From a virus, in the IMG/VR virus record IMGVR_UViG_3300025009_000051, positions 119,717 through 183,716 of that record: a stretch of 64,000 nt of DNA; one strand, 5' to 3'. Shown here piece after piece: positions 9,457 through 18,616 of the stretch. Position 1 is the first letter of the stretch, and each line of letters begins with the position of its first letter. Below the pieces are notes generated by a model. That model was given only the letters and a program-made list of their open reading frames with translations. It ran no database searches and had not been told where the DNA came from. A program made the position numbers and the translations under genes.

Positions 9457-9666
9457 TCACACAAATATTCCAGAAGTTAAATCAACCTGCATTTTAAATA
9501 GTGGAGCTCTACCAGATAACTTACAAATAATATCTATTGCTTTTTTTAATTCAGTAGAAATACTTTTTTTATTATTCATCATATCTTGAAATGTTTTAAA
9601 TCCAAACTCTCTCGCCAAATCACTATAAAATACATTTAATTTAATGGTATTGTCGTATTCTTTCAT
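9457..9666 (-). CDS. Hypothetical protein (start moved to MKEYD)
   Basis: ATG at 9666 lies downstream of a TATATTTAT motif at 9695-9703; the upstream extension is low-complexity. Confidence 0.55.
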   Translation of the reverse strand: MKEYDNTIKLNVFYSDLAREFGFKTFQDMMNNKKSISTELKKAIDIICKLSGRAPLFKMQVDLTSGIFV

Positions 9667-9757
9667 CGTTGTATTTTTTATATGTTTTATGTTTATAAAT
9701 ATAAAAAATATTTTTTTAAAATAATGAATTATAAACAATTTTATTGATATTTCAAAA

Positions 9758-10015
9758 TTATCTTATAGATAATGACCATCTCTTTGCAGTTGGAAATTTC
9801 TTTTTGTACATTGCTTTTACTCTAAGTCTAACGAGTTCTTGAATTTGTCTATCATTCATCCATTTGTATTTTTCTTCGGCTCTGGTATTACAAATAATGT
9901 CTACTTCTTCATCTAATAGAAATTCATGTCCGTGTTTAAAATAATAAAACCATTCTTTTAATCGTTTAGTTTTAATGGCAAATAATAAATTATTCCGATC
10001 TCTTTGCTTTCTCAT
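9758..10015 (-). CDS. Hypothetical protein
   Basis: ORF track. Confidence 0.6.
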   Translation of the reverse strand: MRKQRDRNNLLFAIKTKRLKEWFYYFKHGHEFLLDEEVDIICNTRAEEKYKWMNDRQIQELVRLRVKAMYKKKFPTAKRWSLSIR

Positions 10016-10019
10016 AATA

Positions 10020-10331
10020 CTATTTATTAATTTTTGTTTTCCATTTTTTAAATTCTTTCACTGACATATTTTTAACAGCACGAAGAGTTGAAACAAGATA
10101 CTCAGATTTTTTATTTAATTCATCTAAATTCGCTCTAACTTTTTCTGATGTGCGTTTATATAGCAAAAATTCATCTTCTATTTTGTGTAGCATTTCATCT
10201 CTGGTAATATACTTGATATTTGTTCCAATAATATTCTTTTCAATGCAAATAGAATTATTTTTTTCGATTTCTTCTTTGAATTTTCTTAATTCGTCATATT
10301 CTGTAAGACTGATTGTGACTTGTGGTTCCAT
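10020..10331 (-). CDS. Hypothetical coiled-coil protein
   Basis: MEPQVTISLTEYDELR start, typical of phage ORFans. Confidence 0.65.
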   Translation of the reverse strand: MEPQVTISLTEYDELRKFKEEIEKNNSICIEKNIIGTNIKYITRDEMLHKIEDEFLLYKRTSEKVRANLDELNKKSEYLVSTLRAVKNMSVKEFKKWKTKINK

Positions 10332-10340
10332 ATTGTTTTT

Positions 10341-10724
10341 TTATTTTTTAATTAATTTATTTTTTTCCCATTTAAATTCTCCAAGTATCGTACCATTTTC
10401 AATAGTATTTTCTTGAACAATATCTAGAAATTGATCTAAATATATTTCGACGGTAAATCCTTCAGGATGGATTAATATCGCCCAATTTTGACTCATTCCA
10501 AATCTCCAAGAAAATAATTTCCAACCACTTCTATAAATTTCTTTAAATATATAAATTTTAAGATGATCTACCTCTCTCCAAGAAACAAAATTCTTTGGAA
10601 GTTCTCCTTTCAAGGTTAATTTTGTTAGAAACCCAGTTGGGGGATATTTTTTAGTTATTTTACCATCGATTTTTAGAAGATATTCATCTTCTTGTAACAT
10701 ATAACCTTCTTTATATTTTTCCAT
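10341..10724 (-). CDS. Phage hypothetical protein
   Basis: 127-aa ORF (WRFGMSQNWAILIHPEGFTVEI). Confidence 0.65.
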   Translation of the reverse strand: MEKYKEGYMLQEDEYLLKIDGKITKKYPPTGFLTKLTLKGELPKNFVSWREVDHLKIYIFKEIYRSGWKLFSWRFGMSQNWAILIHPEGFTVEIYLDQFLDIVQENTIENGTILGEFKWEKNKLIKK

Positions 10725-11160
10725 TTTCTATTTCCTTTATTATTTGTTCCTTTGTAAATTTATAATTATATGGTACATTTCCATGACTTGAATAAGAAGT
10801 ACCAATTAACCATTCTTTAAAACTACTTCCTTTTATATTGCCATTTTTTGCCATAAATACAATTTCTTCTAATTCTAATTTATCACCGTAATTTTGAAAA
10901 TAATCAATAAAAATTCCAGTATAAATTCTTCCATCATTGTAAGTATCTTTATCACGATGCACAATTTCAAAATATTCTGCAATCTTTGGCAAATATTCAA
11001 TGTCAACTTTGGTCAAAAATTCACCGTACATATTATTATATCGATCTATTTCAAAAAGTCTAAATCGGTATTTTTTGTCAAATGTAAATATATTTTTATT
11101 TATATCCAAAGATTCAAATTTAAATAACTTCACAATTGCGTCTCTGGTTTGTTGATCCAT
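10711..11160 (-). CDS. Hypothetical protein
   Basis: 149-aa ORF. Confidence 0.65.
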   Translation of the reverse strand: MDQQTRDAIVKLFKFESLDINKNIFTFDKKYRFRLFEIDRYNNMYGEFLTKVDIEYLPKIAEYFEIVHRDKDTYNDGRIYTGIFIDYFQNYGDKLELEEIVFMAKNGNIKGSSFKEWLIGTSYSSHGNVPYNYKFTKEQIIKEIENGKI

Positions 11161-11280
11161 TTGTTTTTTTTACTTCTTCAATTTTCTTATCTAATTCTTT
11201 TTCTTTTTTAATAAAAGATTTTTCAAGTTCTAATAGTTTTGTTTCCATGATATGTTTTTTTATTTATTATTTAAATTTTA

Positions 11281-11411
11281 AAAAATTGAAGATTCACACA
11301 TATTGCCTGATATTGCTCTTGGGTACTCTCACGCCCTCAGGAGTATCAATTACGATTTCGGACATCTATTATGAATATATGTGTAACCGCTATTTTTCAT
11401 CTTCAATTTTT
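11281..11411. repeat. 131-bp element bounded by perfect 13-bp inverted repeats with a nested 8-bp inverted repeat; candidate structured RNA
   Basis: AAAAATTGAAGAT (11281-93)/ATCTTCAATTTTT (11399-411); ACACATAT (11296-303)/ATATGTGT (11377-84); interior 29/61 G+C by hand count. Confidence 0.7.
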
Positions 11412-11565
11412 ATTTAGTTTTGTTATTAAAATAAAATCCCCAAAATAACCATCTATAAATCTTTTTATCATTGCTACCTAATTTATAAGAAATAGAATTC
11501 AAACAAGTTGGTTTCCAATATTTATACCATGCTCTTGGGGCGTGCTTATATATCCAAATTTTCAT
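11410..11565 (-). CDS. Small Trp/Tyr-rich hypothetical protein (51 aa; not in the ORF track)
   Basis: Manual translation MKIWIYKHAPRAWYKYWKPTCLNSISYKLGSNDKKIYRWLFWGFYFNNKTK; starts 1 nt after the upstream stop. Confidence 0.55.
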   Translation of the reverse strand: MKIWIYKHAPRAWYKYWKPTCLNSISYKLGSNDKKIYRWLFWGFYFNNKTK

Positions 11566-11566
11566 A

Positions 11567-12211
11567 TTATTTAGTTTTTAAGGTAAAATATTTTATCGTA
11601 TTATTTTCATAGATGTAAGTTTGTAATCCGAATAACCAAGCAAATTCAAGATATTCTTTTTCATTGTCTGCATAAAACACATAATCATATTTTTTATTTA
11701 ATTCAATTAATTGTCTTATCTTCTTTATCTTACCTTTATTCGCATAAATTTTATTTGGCAAAGAATATTCTCTTTTGGTAAACCAATCTTCAGTTATGGT
11801 TGGATTAGCTGAACATATTATTGTCTTATTTCTTAAAAGACATAATTCATATAATGGTTTAAATGATTTTTCTGTAACAACCCCATCAAAATCTAAAGCA
11901 ATCACGACGTTTAATCCTCTATATAATTTTAAATTAGGAAAAAATCTATCTCTACATTTTACAATTGCATCTGGTTTATTAATATATTCTCTCGAAAAAT
12001 GATGAACTAATCTTAATCTATTAGTCATATATTCCATATAATCAAATAAAGACATTTCTAATAAATTAAGATATTTTTCAATATCAATTTTTCTTCGAAT
12101 AAATATTTCAGTGAATATATGTTTTATGTGAATTACTTCTCTTCTAACTAAAAGAGTTTTACATAAACCATATTCAGAAATTGATTGGGGTATGTTTGTT
12201 AGATATTCCAC
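11567..12211 (-). CDS. HAD-superfamily phosphatase-like protein
   Basis: IALDFDGVVT motif I, ICSAN motif II, FYADN motif IV. Confidence 0.6.
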   Translation of the reverse strand: MEYLTNIPQSISEYGLCKTLLVRREVIHIKHIFTEIFIRRKIDIEKYLNLLEMSLFDYMEYMTNRLRLVHHFSREYINKPDAIVKCRDRFFPNLKLYRGLNVVIALDFDGVVTEKSFKPLYELCLLRNKTIICSANPTITEDWFTKREYSLPNKIYANKGKIKKIRQLIELNKKYDYVFYADNEKEYLEFAWLFGLQTYIYENNTIKYFTLKTK

Positions 12212-12214
12212 AAT

Positions 12215-12496
12215 CTAACCTTTTATTTTAGGTATGTTTTTATTGAACTCTTTACAGATATTAGCCATTGCTTCAAATATATCTGATAAAGGTTGATTAG
12301 TTGAACTAATTGGAGAATCATCTTTATATTCATTTTCTTTATCTCTTCCAGGTACTTCTTCAATAAATTCATAAGTAAAATCATTGTGCTTGCACCAATC
12401 TATAATTTGATCTTTTGTAGCATTACTAAAAAAGCAATCTTCAAATTGTTCTTGATTTCCTTCAAACACATCTCCGTTGTCAATTAATATTTTCAT
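12215..12496 (-). CDS. Hypothetical protein
   Basis: First gene after an early-type promoter. Confidence 0.65.
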   Translation of the reverse strand: MKILIDNGDVFEGNQEQFEDCFFSNATKDQIIDWCKHNDFTYEFIEEVPGRDKENEYKDDSPISSTNQPLSDIFEAMANICKEFNKNIPKIKG

Positions 12497-12517
12497 GTTC
12501 TTTTGTTTTTATTACTA

Positions 12518-12525
12518 CAAATTTA
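12518..12525 (-). promoter_or_regulatory. Bacteroidota-type -7 box (TAAATTTG)
   Basis: TAnnTTTG about 20 nt upstream of the ATG at 12496. Confidence 0.6.
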
Positions 12526-12567
12526 CAAATAAAATTTGATATAAAAAAATATTATTTAAAATAAATT

Positions 12568-12903
12568 TTAAGTTTGATAATCAGGATCTTTTGGTGGAGC
12601 AAAGTCCATCATAATTGCGGTTAGAGTTTTAAATAAATGTTTTGTGCTCCACATCGCTAATATGTGTTTTTCACTCCAAATCATATATTCTGCGTCTACT
12701 TTATAATATCCGCCGTCGTCTGTTACAATAATCCAATTTTTGGTTGTTTGTGGATCATTACCTTTATAATACGCAAAACAATGTTTCCAATTTCGATTGT
12801 TATGTGGTAATAACTTTGATTTAATAAACTCTTGAGCAGAATCTGGTAATGTGTCTCCTTCAAATTCTTTCCAACCATTACAATTAAAATTTATCTTTTT
12901 CAT
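12568..12903 (-). CDS. Hypothetical protein
   Basis: 111-aa ORF with its own promoter. Confidence 0.65.
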   Translation of the reverse strand: MKKINFNCNGWKEFEGDTLPDSAQEFIKSKLLPHNNRNWKHCFAYYKGNDPQTTKNWIIVTDDGGYYKVDAEYMIWSEKHILAMWSTKHLFKTLTAIMMDFAPPKDPDYQT

Positions 12904-12923
12904 GTTATTTGTTTTTTATACTA

Positions 12924-12931
12924 CAAATATA
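12924..12931 (-). promoter_or_regulatory. Bacteroidota-type -7 box (TATATTTG)
   Basis: TAnnTTTG followed by TAGTATAAAAA, as in the other copies. Confidence 0.6.
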
Positions 12932-12961
12932 AACTAAAAAAATGATTTAAAAAAATAATTT

Positions 12962-12970
12962 TATATTTAT
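12962..12970 (+). promoter_or_regulatory. Putative late promoter TATATTTAT
   Basis: 19 nt upstream of the resolvase ATG. Confidence 0.55.
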
Positions 12971-12989
12971 TTTAAAAATATTTTACGTC

Positions 12990-13436
12990 ATGCCAATAAA
13001 ACCGAGATCCGCGAAGAACAAGGGCTACTCCTTCCAAAAACAGATTGCCTCCGAATTATTAGAATTATTCCCAGAATTAAAACCTGAGGAGATTGTATCT
13101 GCGCCAAGTAGTATTGCGGGTGAAGATATAATGCTTTCTGAGAATGCTCGGAAAAAATTATCAAATACTAATTTTGAATTGAAGAGACAAGAAACCGCCA
13201 GCATATGGGCGTGGTTAGAACAGGCCGAAGCGGAGAGTAGAAAATTAAAAACAAATCCAATTCTAATATTCAAACGAAATCATTCTAAGGCGTATGCTAC
13301 TATAGAATTTGATTTCTTAAAAGAACTTTTATATAACAATATGAGATATCAGGAGATATTAGAACTGCAAACAGTAGATTTAACCAAGCTAAAGAAAATA
13401 TTCACTGAAAAGTTTCTTGAAGAAAATTTATTATGA
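12990..13436 (+). CDS. Holliday junction resolvase (PD-(D/E)XK, Hjc-like phage type)
   Basis: SAKNKGYSFQKQIA...GEDIML...FELKRQE...WAWLEQAE...PILIFKRNH. Confidence 0.75.
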   Translation: MPIKPRSAKNKGYSFQKQIASELLELFPELKPEEIVSAPSSIAGEDIMLSENARKKLSNTNFELKRQETASIWAWLEQAEAESRKLKTNPILIFKRNHSKAYATIEFDFLKELLYNNMRYQEILELQTVDLTKLKKIFTEKFLEENLL

Positions 13437-13444
13437 AATATTTT

Positions 13445-13636
13445 TTAATGTTCATCATTGAAAGAAGCAAAAAAAGTTGATATTAATAATCCAATTGCTA
13501 ACACTCTGCCCCACCAAGTTGTAAATAATAACCAGTGCAAAGGATTATAATCAAATGCAATAAATGCACCTAATAAATACCATAAAGCTAAAGTAGCAAC
13601 AAAAATAAAAAGTTTAGTTGGTATTGAATTTCTCAT
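13445..13636 (-). CDS. Small two-TM membrane protein
   Basis: Two hydrophobic segments; ATG at 13636. Confidence 0.6.
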   Translation of the reverse strand: MRNSIPTKLFIFVATLALWYLLGAFIAFDYNPLHWLLFTTWWGRVLAIGLLISTFFASFNDEH

Positions 13637-13899
13637 ATTATTTTTTTTAATTTTGTTCCGCAATAGCCACATTCTATATATCCATCTTTTTCAATATTTT
13701 CTCTTGCTCCACAAACATCACATTTTATAATGTCTACAATTTCTTTTTTTACTAAAGAACCCGATAAATAATTCTCATCTTTTTTTGATAAAGAACCTGA
13801 TAAATAATTTTCAGTTGGTTCTGAATAACACATATTTCCCATATTTTTATTTTGTAAATAATTATTATTTTGTCTTATTGTAGGAATTGTTCTTCCCAT
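13633..13899 (-). CDS. Small zinc-ribbon protein with an internal 12-aa duplication
   Basis: CDVCGA...ECGYCGT; ENYLSGSL twice. Confidence 0.6.
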   Translation of the reverse strand: MGRTIPTIRQNNNYLQNKNMGNMCYSEPTENYLSGSLSKKDENYLSGSLVKKEIVDIIKCDVCGARENIEKDGYIECGYCGTKLKKII

Positions 13900-13904
13900 T
13901 GTTT

Positions 13905-15398
13905 TTATTTTAAATTATCTAATAATTTTGTTCTAATTTCTGATAATGTAAAGTCTTGAATTAATTCACCATTTTCAAAAACAGTTTCTAATAATCCTTG
14001 ATTTTCTTCTTCATGAGTACATTGATCTTTTAATTTTAATTTTCCTTCTTCTTCATATACTTGTAATAAACCTTTAGCAGATTTTTTAAATCCAGAATCA
14101 GTTTTAGGATTTTTATAAATATCTCTTTCTTCTCCATTTACCATTCCCCAAGTTGCTTTCATTGCAAATCCAAAAGTATCTCGAGTAACATATTCATATG
14201 TAAATGAACCAATACCTAATACAAGATTACTTGCTGAAAAACCTTTTTGTTCTAATAAAGTTAAAATTTCATCTTGTCTTCTTAAAGTAATAGAATCTCC
14301 ATATATCAATCCGATTTTTGGATTTAATTCTTTATAACCTTTTTCATTAACAGTTCCTCCAAATACATCCCATAAAATTTCATAGGCTCCTTTTCTTTGA
14401 CTTTCGGTAATCATTGAATAAGGTGATTCATTATCTCCACAAATAATTTTTACTGGATCTCCACTATCTGGACGAATAACTAATCTACCATCTCTATTTA
14501 AAATTTCTTCTTTTAAGGTAGGTAAATATTCATTTAATACTTTCCAGAAATCAAAAGTATCTGATACGATACTCACAATTCCATTTGGATATAATTCAGT
14601 AATTAATCTTTTAAATGTGCTAATTTCATCAATATCATCATTAATATATTTTGCCGATAAACTCATTACGCTATGCTCCGTTGCAGGAACCGATCCACCA
14701 ACTAATTTTTTTGTAGCGTCTGCATTATAAAACATTTCTAAAAAATCTATGGCAGGTATTGAATCTGTACCAGTAAAAGAAATAAGATGTCCAGCAGCAC
14801 TTTGTAATGCATCTTCTATTCCACTCATTCCTCTAAAACTAAAATCGTGTCCTTGCCATTGAATAAATGCCCTATCATATCCAGTTTTTGCTGCATGTTC
14901 TTCAAATCTTTTTCTATAAAGAAATGCTGTTGTTGCTGAAGTTATTGGTTTCCATAAAATATTACTCATTAAAGTTTCCAAATAATTTGTTAACCAAAAG
15001 AATTTTGGAATTGTATTTATAATGGTTAGTACAGGAATTCCAATTGGAACCAATGTTCCTTCTTTAATAGCTTTTATTTTTATGGGTAAATATCCAAGAT
15101 CATATAAATCAGAAATGTGTTCCACTGATATTGCATCTTTACCTAAATAATTATCCATTCTTTCTTTATACTTTCTAAGTAATTCTTCTTTTGGTCGATT
15201 GAAGAAATCTTCATTCCATTTGTTAATTAAATATTCTTTAATGAAATATTGTAAGCCAAAAAATACAATTTCATTTACACCTTCTATTCTACTCATTCTT
15301 GGAGTAAAATTTGAATATACATATTCTGTTCCTTCAGGGTACTGGCGCCTGTGATCTGCTTTATACCCATCAATTAAATGCATTGGATTAATTTTCAT
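13905..15398 (-). CDS. Nampt/NadV-family phosphoribosyltransferase; probable Namat of NARP1
   Basis: DGYKADHRRQYP, SNFTPR, GHDFSFRG, SVPATEHSVM, SIVSDTFD, VIRPDSGDP, LIYGDSIT, KKSAKG. Confidence 0.9.
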   Translation of the reverse strand: MKINPMHLIDGYKADHRRQYPEGTEYVYSNFTPRMSRIEGVNEIVFFGLQYFIKEYLINKWNEDFFNRPKEELLRKYKERMDNYLGKDAISVEHISDLYDLGYLPIKIKAIKEGTLVPIGIPVLTIINTIPKFFWLTNYLETLMSNILWKPITSATTAFLYRKRFEEHAAKTGYDRAFIQWQGHDFSFRGMSGIEDALQSAAGHLISFTGTDSIPAIDFLEMFYNADATKKLVGGSVPATEHSVMSLSAKYINDDIDEISTFKRLITELYPNGIVSIVSDTFDFWKVLNEYLPTLKEEILNRDGRLVIRPDSGDPVKIICGDNESPYSMITESQRKGAYEILWDVFGGTVNEKGYKELNPKIGLIYGDSITLRRQDEILTLLEQKGFSASNLVLGIGSFTYEYVTRDTFGFAMKATWGMVNGEERDIYKNPKTDSGFKKSAKGLLQVYEEEGKLKLKDQCTHEEENQGLLETVFENGELIQDFTLSEIRTKLLDNLK

Positions 15399-15423
15399 AA
15401 CTTGTTTTTTTTAATTTATTCTA

Positions 15424-16296
15424 TTAAATTTGTATGTCAAATTGAGTTATATTTTTATCTTTTATTGTCGAAAAAGAATTAGTACAATAAATTCCTTTAA
15501 AATATTTTTTTAATTCTTTGGTTCCTTTAGAAAAAATTCCATGAGTAACAAACAAATATAAATTACCAGCATTTTTCTTTTTTAATTCTTCTGCTATTCC
15601 TATAAATGTTCCTCCCCCATCACAAATATCATCTACAATTAAACAAGGTGAGTTTTTTAAATTTTGAGTCAATACCATAAAATTTGATAGTTTACCTGTA
15701 TTCACATCTCTTGTTTTAGTACATTGAATGACACCTTTAAAATAATGTATAGAACTCAAAATTTTATCAATTTTTTTACTTGAACCTACATCCGGTGCAA
15801 CCAATAAAAGTTCTTGTTCTTCATCTAATCTCTTTTTTTCTATATCATTAATTTTTTGAAATGTTTTTAAGATATAAGAATGATTAGATAAATTAATACA
15901 GTTATTTAATAATGCTGGAGTTACATCTGAATGAGCGTCTAGAATATAAACAGCATTAAAATTTTGTGAATTAATTAAATTAGTAAATACTTTCAATGTA
16001 AATGATTCACCGTCTACACAATATCTATCTTGCCTCGCATATGGAAGGTAAGGAATAACTAAATCAAAATTCTTTACTCCTTTTAATTCTAACGCATTTT
16101 TTGCAATTAAAATTTTCATTATATCATTTCCATTTCTTATCCTATGTGTGATAACTACAGAATCAATAATAGAATAATCTATGTTGGTATTTAATTTAAT
16201 GTGCAATTCTCCACCATTGAATTCAATAAAATTAAATTCTATTTCGGGAGCCGGTAGAGAAATAAACATTCCATCTAAATTTAAACTTCGTAACAT
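15424..16296 (-). CDS. Ribose-phosphate pyrophosphokinase (Prs)-like protein; probable Adps of NARP1
   Basis: FNGGELHI, IPYLPYARQDR, LDAHS, VAPDVGS, LIVDDICDGGGTF, VTHGIFS. Confidence 0.88.
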   Translation of the reverse strand: MLRSLNLDGMFISLPAPEIEFNFIEFNGGELHIKLNTNIDYSIIDSVVITHRIRNGNDIMKILIAKNALELKGVKNFDLVIPYLPYARQDRYCVDGESFTLKVFTNLINSQNFNAVYILDAHSDVTPALLNNCINLSNHSYILKTFQKINDIEKKRLDEEQELLLVAPDVGSSKKIDKILSSIHYFKGVIQCTKTRDVNTGKLSNFMVLTQNLKNSPCLIVDDICDGGGTFIGIAEELKKKNAGNLYLFVTHGIFSKGTKELKKYFKGIYCTNSFSTIKDKNITQFDIQI

Positions 16297-16319
16297 ATTT
16301 ATATTTTAAATTTGATTAT

Positions 16320-16496
16320 TCATCTTGTTAAAATTATTAGCCCACCAAAAATAATAAAATATCCTATTAATCCGGCTATACCGGTTATCATTTCATTTTC
16401 TACATTTGTAGAAAATAATACGGAAATAATAATTAATGGTATCCCAATTAAAAACATAATTAAAATGATAATATCATCGTTCGTATTTTTTTTCAT
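16320..16496 (-). CDS. Small two-TM membrane protein (58 aa; not in the ORF track)
   Basis: Manual translation MKKNTNDDIIILIMFLIGIPLIIISVLFSTNVENEMITGIAGLIGYFIIFGGLIILTR; the + strand 16312 ORF is its shadow. Confidence 0.6.
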   Translation of the reverse strand: MKKNTNDDIIILIMFLIGIPLIIISVLFSTNVENEMITGIAGLIGYFIIFGGLIILTR

Positions 16497-16545
16497 AAAA
16501 TTTCTTTTAATTCTTTGATGTCATCTATTAAAAATTTAAAATGAT

Positions 16546-16743
16546 TTATCCATTTTTCCAAATAAAAAAAGTTGTTTGATAGTCCACATATATTAATCTT
16601 TCTCCTACATCTAAAATTGTTTTTGAATCAAAATAAGGTGCAACAACAATTCCAACGATATTTTCAGAATTTTCATACTGTGAATTTAATTTTACCATTA
16701 CAACCTCATTTAATTCTACTGAATGTTCTTTTTCTACCCACAT
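16546..16743 (-). CDS. Hypothetical protein
   Basis: ORF track. Confidence 0.55.
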   Translation of the reverse strand: MWVEKEHSVELNEVVMVKLNSQYENSENIVGIVVAPYFDSKTILDVGERLIYVDYQTTFFIWKNG

Positions 16744-16747
16744 AAGT

Positions 16748-17059
16748 CTAAAATGGATTAATATTTCCTGCTTTCATAAGTTTTACATCAATTTCTCTAT
16801 ACCATAATTCACACGAAATTACAGTTATCGGTTTTGATATCCGGTCTCCTAAAATATTCATCGTTTCTGTTTTTTCTTTCCAGGTGATCCCCACCACCTC
16901 TAACTCAATTGGTAATTTCTTTTCTCTAAAATAAGAAACAAAAGATTCTTTTACTTGGACCATGTCTCCTTTTCTTGGAGGTTCAACAAAATATTCTGGA
17001 AATTTAGATCCTTGATATTGATCTAAATTAGTTCTAAAAATTACTTTAACATCGTTCAT
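16748..17059 (-). CDS. Hypothetical protein
   Basis: 103-aa ORF. Confidence 0.65.
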   Translation of the reverse strand: MNDVKVIFRTNLDQYQGSKFPEYFVEPPRKGDMVQVKESFVSYFREKKLPIELEVVGITWKEKTETMNILGDRISKPITVISCELWYREIDVKLMKAGNINPF

Positions 17060-17072
17060 AATTATTTATTTT

Positions 17073-17255
17073 TTATTCATGTACAATTTCAAAATTTGAA
17101 GTAATATCTTCGACTTCAACTACATTGTCAAAAACATAAAAGAATTTAACACTACCAAGATCTACACAAATGTATCCATAAATACCGTTTCTTTTTGTAT
17201 AGAATGCACCGTTGTATTCTATAGTTTTTCCGTTCAGCTTATCAATTAATTTCAT
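17073..17255 (-). CDS. Hypothetical protein
   Basis: ORF track. Confidence 0.55.
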   Translation of the reverse strand: MKLIDKLNGKTIEYNGAFYTKRNGIYGYICVDLGSVKFFYVFDNVVEVEDITSNFEIVHE

Positions 17256-17259
17256 AGCT

Positions 17260-17763
17260 TTATTCTCTAAAATTATCCCATTTATTTAAACAACATTTTT
17301 TATATTTCTTACCTGAACCACATCCACATAAATCATTTCTTCCAAGCTTCTTAAATTTTTGAAATTCTTTAACCTTGATTTCGTGCTCTTCTTGACGTTT
17401 ATTTTCTTTTTCTGTTCTTATTCGTTTTTCTTCTTCATCTATTGCTGCTTGACCAGCATCATCTTCTTTAATATTCACAAAATCATTTTCATCATATTCT
17501 TTAAACATTTCAAGTAAAGGATTTGGAGGAGTAAGAAGATAACTAAACATAGTTTCCCAATCTTTCTTTTGTTTTTCTTTATATCGTAATCGTTGTTCGA
17601 ATATTTTTTCTTCTGGTATTTCATTCAATGGAGTTGGAGAATAAATCGTTCCACAGATTCTACAAGTTTTTTCTCCAGAAGCATCAAAATGCTTTTCATC
17701 ATGTAAGGTATAATCTTCACAAGTTTTACAATATTTTCTATATCTAAAAATTGTCGGCGCCAT
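17260..17763 (-). CDS. Zinc-ribbon + SEC-C motif protein
   Basis: CKTC...CRICG at the N-terminus; [18 protein letters not shown] at the C-terminus. Confidence 0.8.
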   Translation of the reverse strand: MAPTIFRYRKYCKTCEDYTLHDEKHFDASGEKTCRICGTIYSPTPLNEIPEEKIFEQRLRYKEKQKKDWETMFSYLLTPPNPLLEMFKEYDENDFVNIKEDDAGQAAIDEEEKRIRTEKENKRQEEHEIKVKEFQKFKKLGRNDLCGCGSGKKYKKCCLNKWDNFRE

Positions 17764-17766
17764 AAA

Positions 17767-18264
17767 TTATAGATTATTGAATTGAATAAATAAATTTTCC
17801 ATTTTAATATCTTTAACGATATATTCAATATTGTATAATTCATCGAAAAATTCTTTCTTTTCTTTTTGATACATCTTATATTTTTCTGAACTGAATATTG
17901 CAGAGTGTTCCATGTTTGCAATTCTATCACAAAGTTTTACAATGATTGCATCTGGATTAGATTTTATTTTTGGATACGTCTTTGCTTTTCTTTCCTTTCT
18001 ATTTCTTCCATATTCATCTGTAACTGCAAAAACAATTTCTGCTATTTCTTCTCCAAATATTTCTTTAATGTTACCATATGAAATATGTCCATCTTCTATA
18101 CTATCGTGCAAAATGCAACCAACAATAATTTTTTCTGGAAATTCGTATTTTGCTGCTATATTTGCAACACTTTTGATATGATACATATAAGGAAATATAT
18201 CATAACTTTGATTGGAGTGAACTCGTTCTGCGATTAAATACGCCATTTCTATTTTACTTAACAT
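17767..18264 (-). CDS. HD-domain hydrolase of RelA/SpoT (Mesh1/small alarmone hydrolase) type
   Basis: HSNQ...PYMYHI...ILHDSIED...EIVFAVTD...AIIVKLCDRIAN. Confidence 0.8.
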   Translation of the reverse strand: MLSKIEMAYLIAERVHSNQSYDIFPYMYHIKSVANIAAKYEFPEKIIVGCILHDSIEDGHISYGNIKEIFGEEIAEIVFAVTDEYGRNRKERKAKTYPKIKSNPDAIIVKLCDRIANMEHSAIFSSEKYKMYQKEKKEFFDELYNIEYIVKDIKMENLFIQFNNL

Positions 18265-18270
18265 CTTCTT

Positions 18271-18306
18271 TTGTTTTTATATTACAAATATACAACGAAT
18301 AAATGA
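18271..18306 (-). promoter_or_regulatory. Early promoter cassette (TATATTTG at 18285-92), near-identical to 20831-20866
   Basis: 35/36 identity between the two copies. Confidence 0.7.
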
Positions 18307-18322
18307 CAATAAAAAATTATTT

Positions 18323-18616
18323 TTAATTTATTTTTTTAAAACAATCACAAGATTTACAATATTCTTCTGATATTTTTGTTCTTAAATTTGTTTCTCCTAA
18401 ATCCGTCAATGTCCAGCATCCCATTCGACCGTTCAATGCTTCCGGGTAATCGCACCATTTAGGTTGTTTAAAATTTTCCAAAATATAACCGATAGTTCGT
18501 TTTTCTTCAATTAATTGATCTATCTCTTCTTGAGTCAATTCGTGAAAATATTTCTTGTTGGGATTTGTGATATTAATCGGTGTTTCTGATTCAATTATTA
18601 TTTTCATTTTCTTCAT
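18323..18616 (-). CDS. Hypothetical Cys-containing protein
   Basis: QPKWCDYPEAL...GCW...CKSCDC. Confidence 0.65.
   Translation of the reverse strand: MKKMKIIIESETPINITNPNKKYFHELTQEEIDQLIEEKRTIGYILENFKQPKWCDYPEALNGRMGCWTLTDLGETNLRTKISEEYCKSCDCFKKIN

Noticed and set aside
11305-11335. Glycine riboswitch-like words (GAGAG...AAGAGCAA...UCAGG)
   Set aside because: The order and spacing do not match the aptamer, and no glycine-related gene is downstream
11340-11372. Hammerhead ribozyme (GAAA-UCG-UAAU-UGA-UA fits stem III)
   Set aside because: No CUGANGA core and no partner strand for stem II in either permutation
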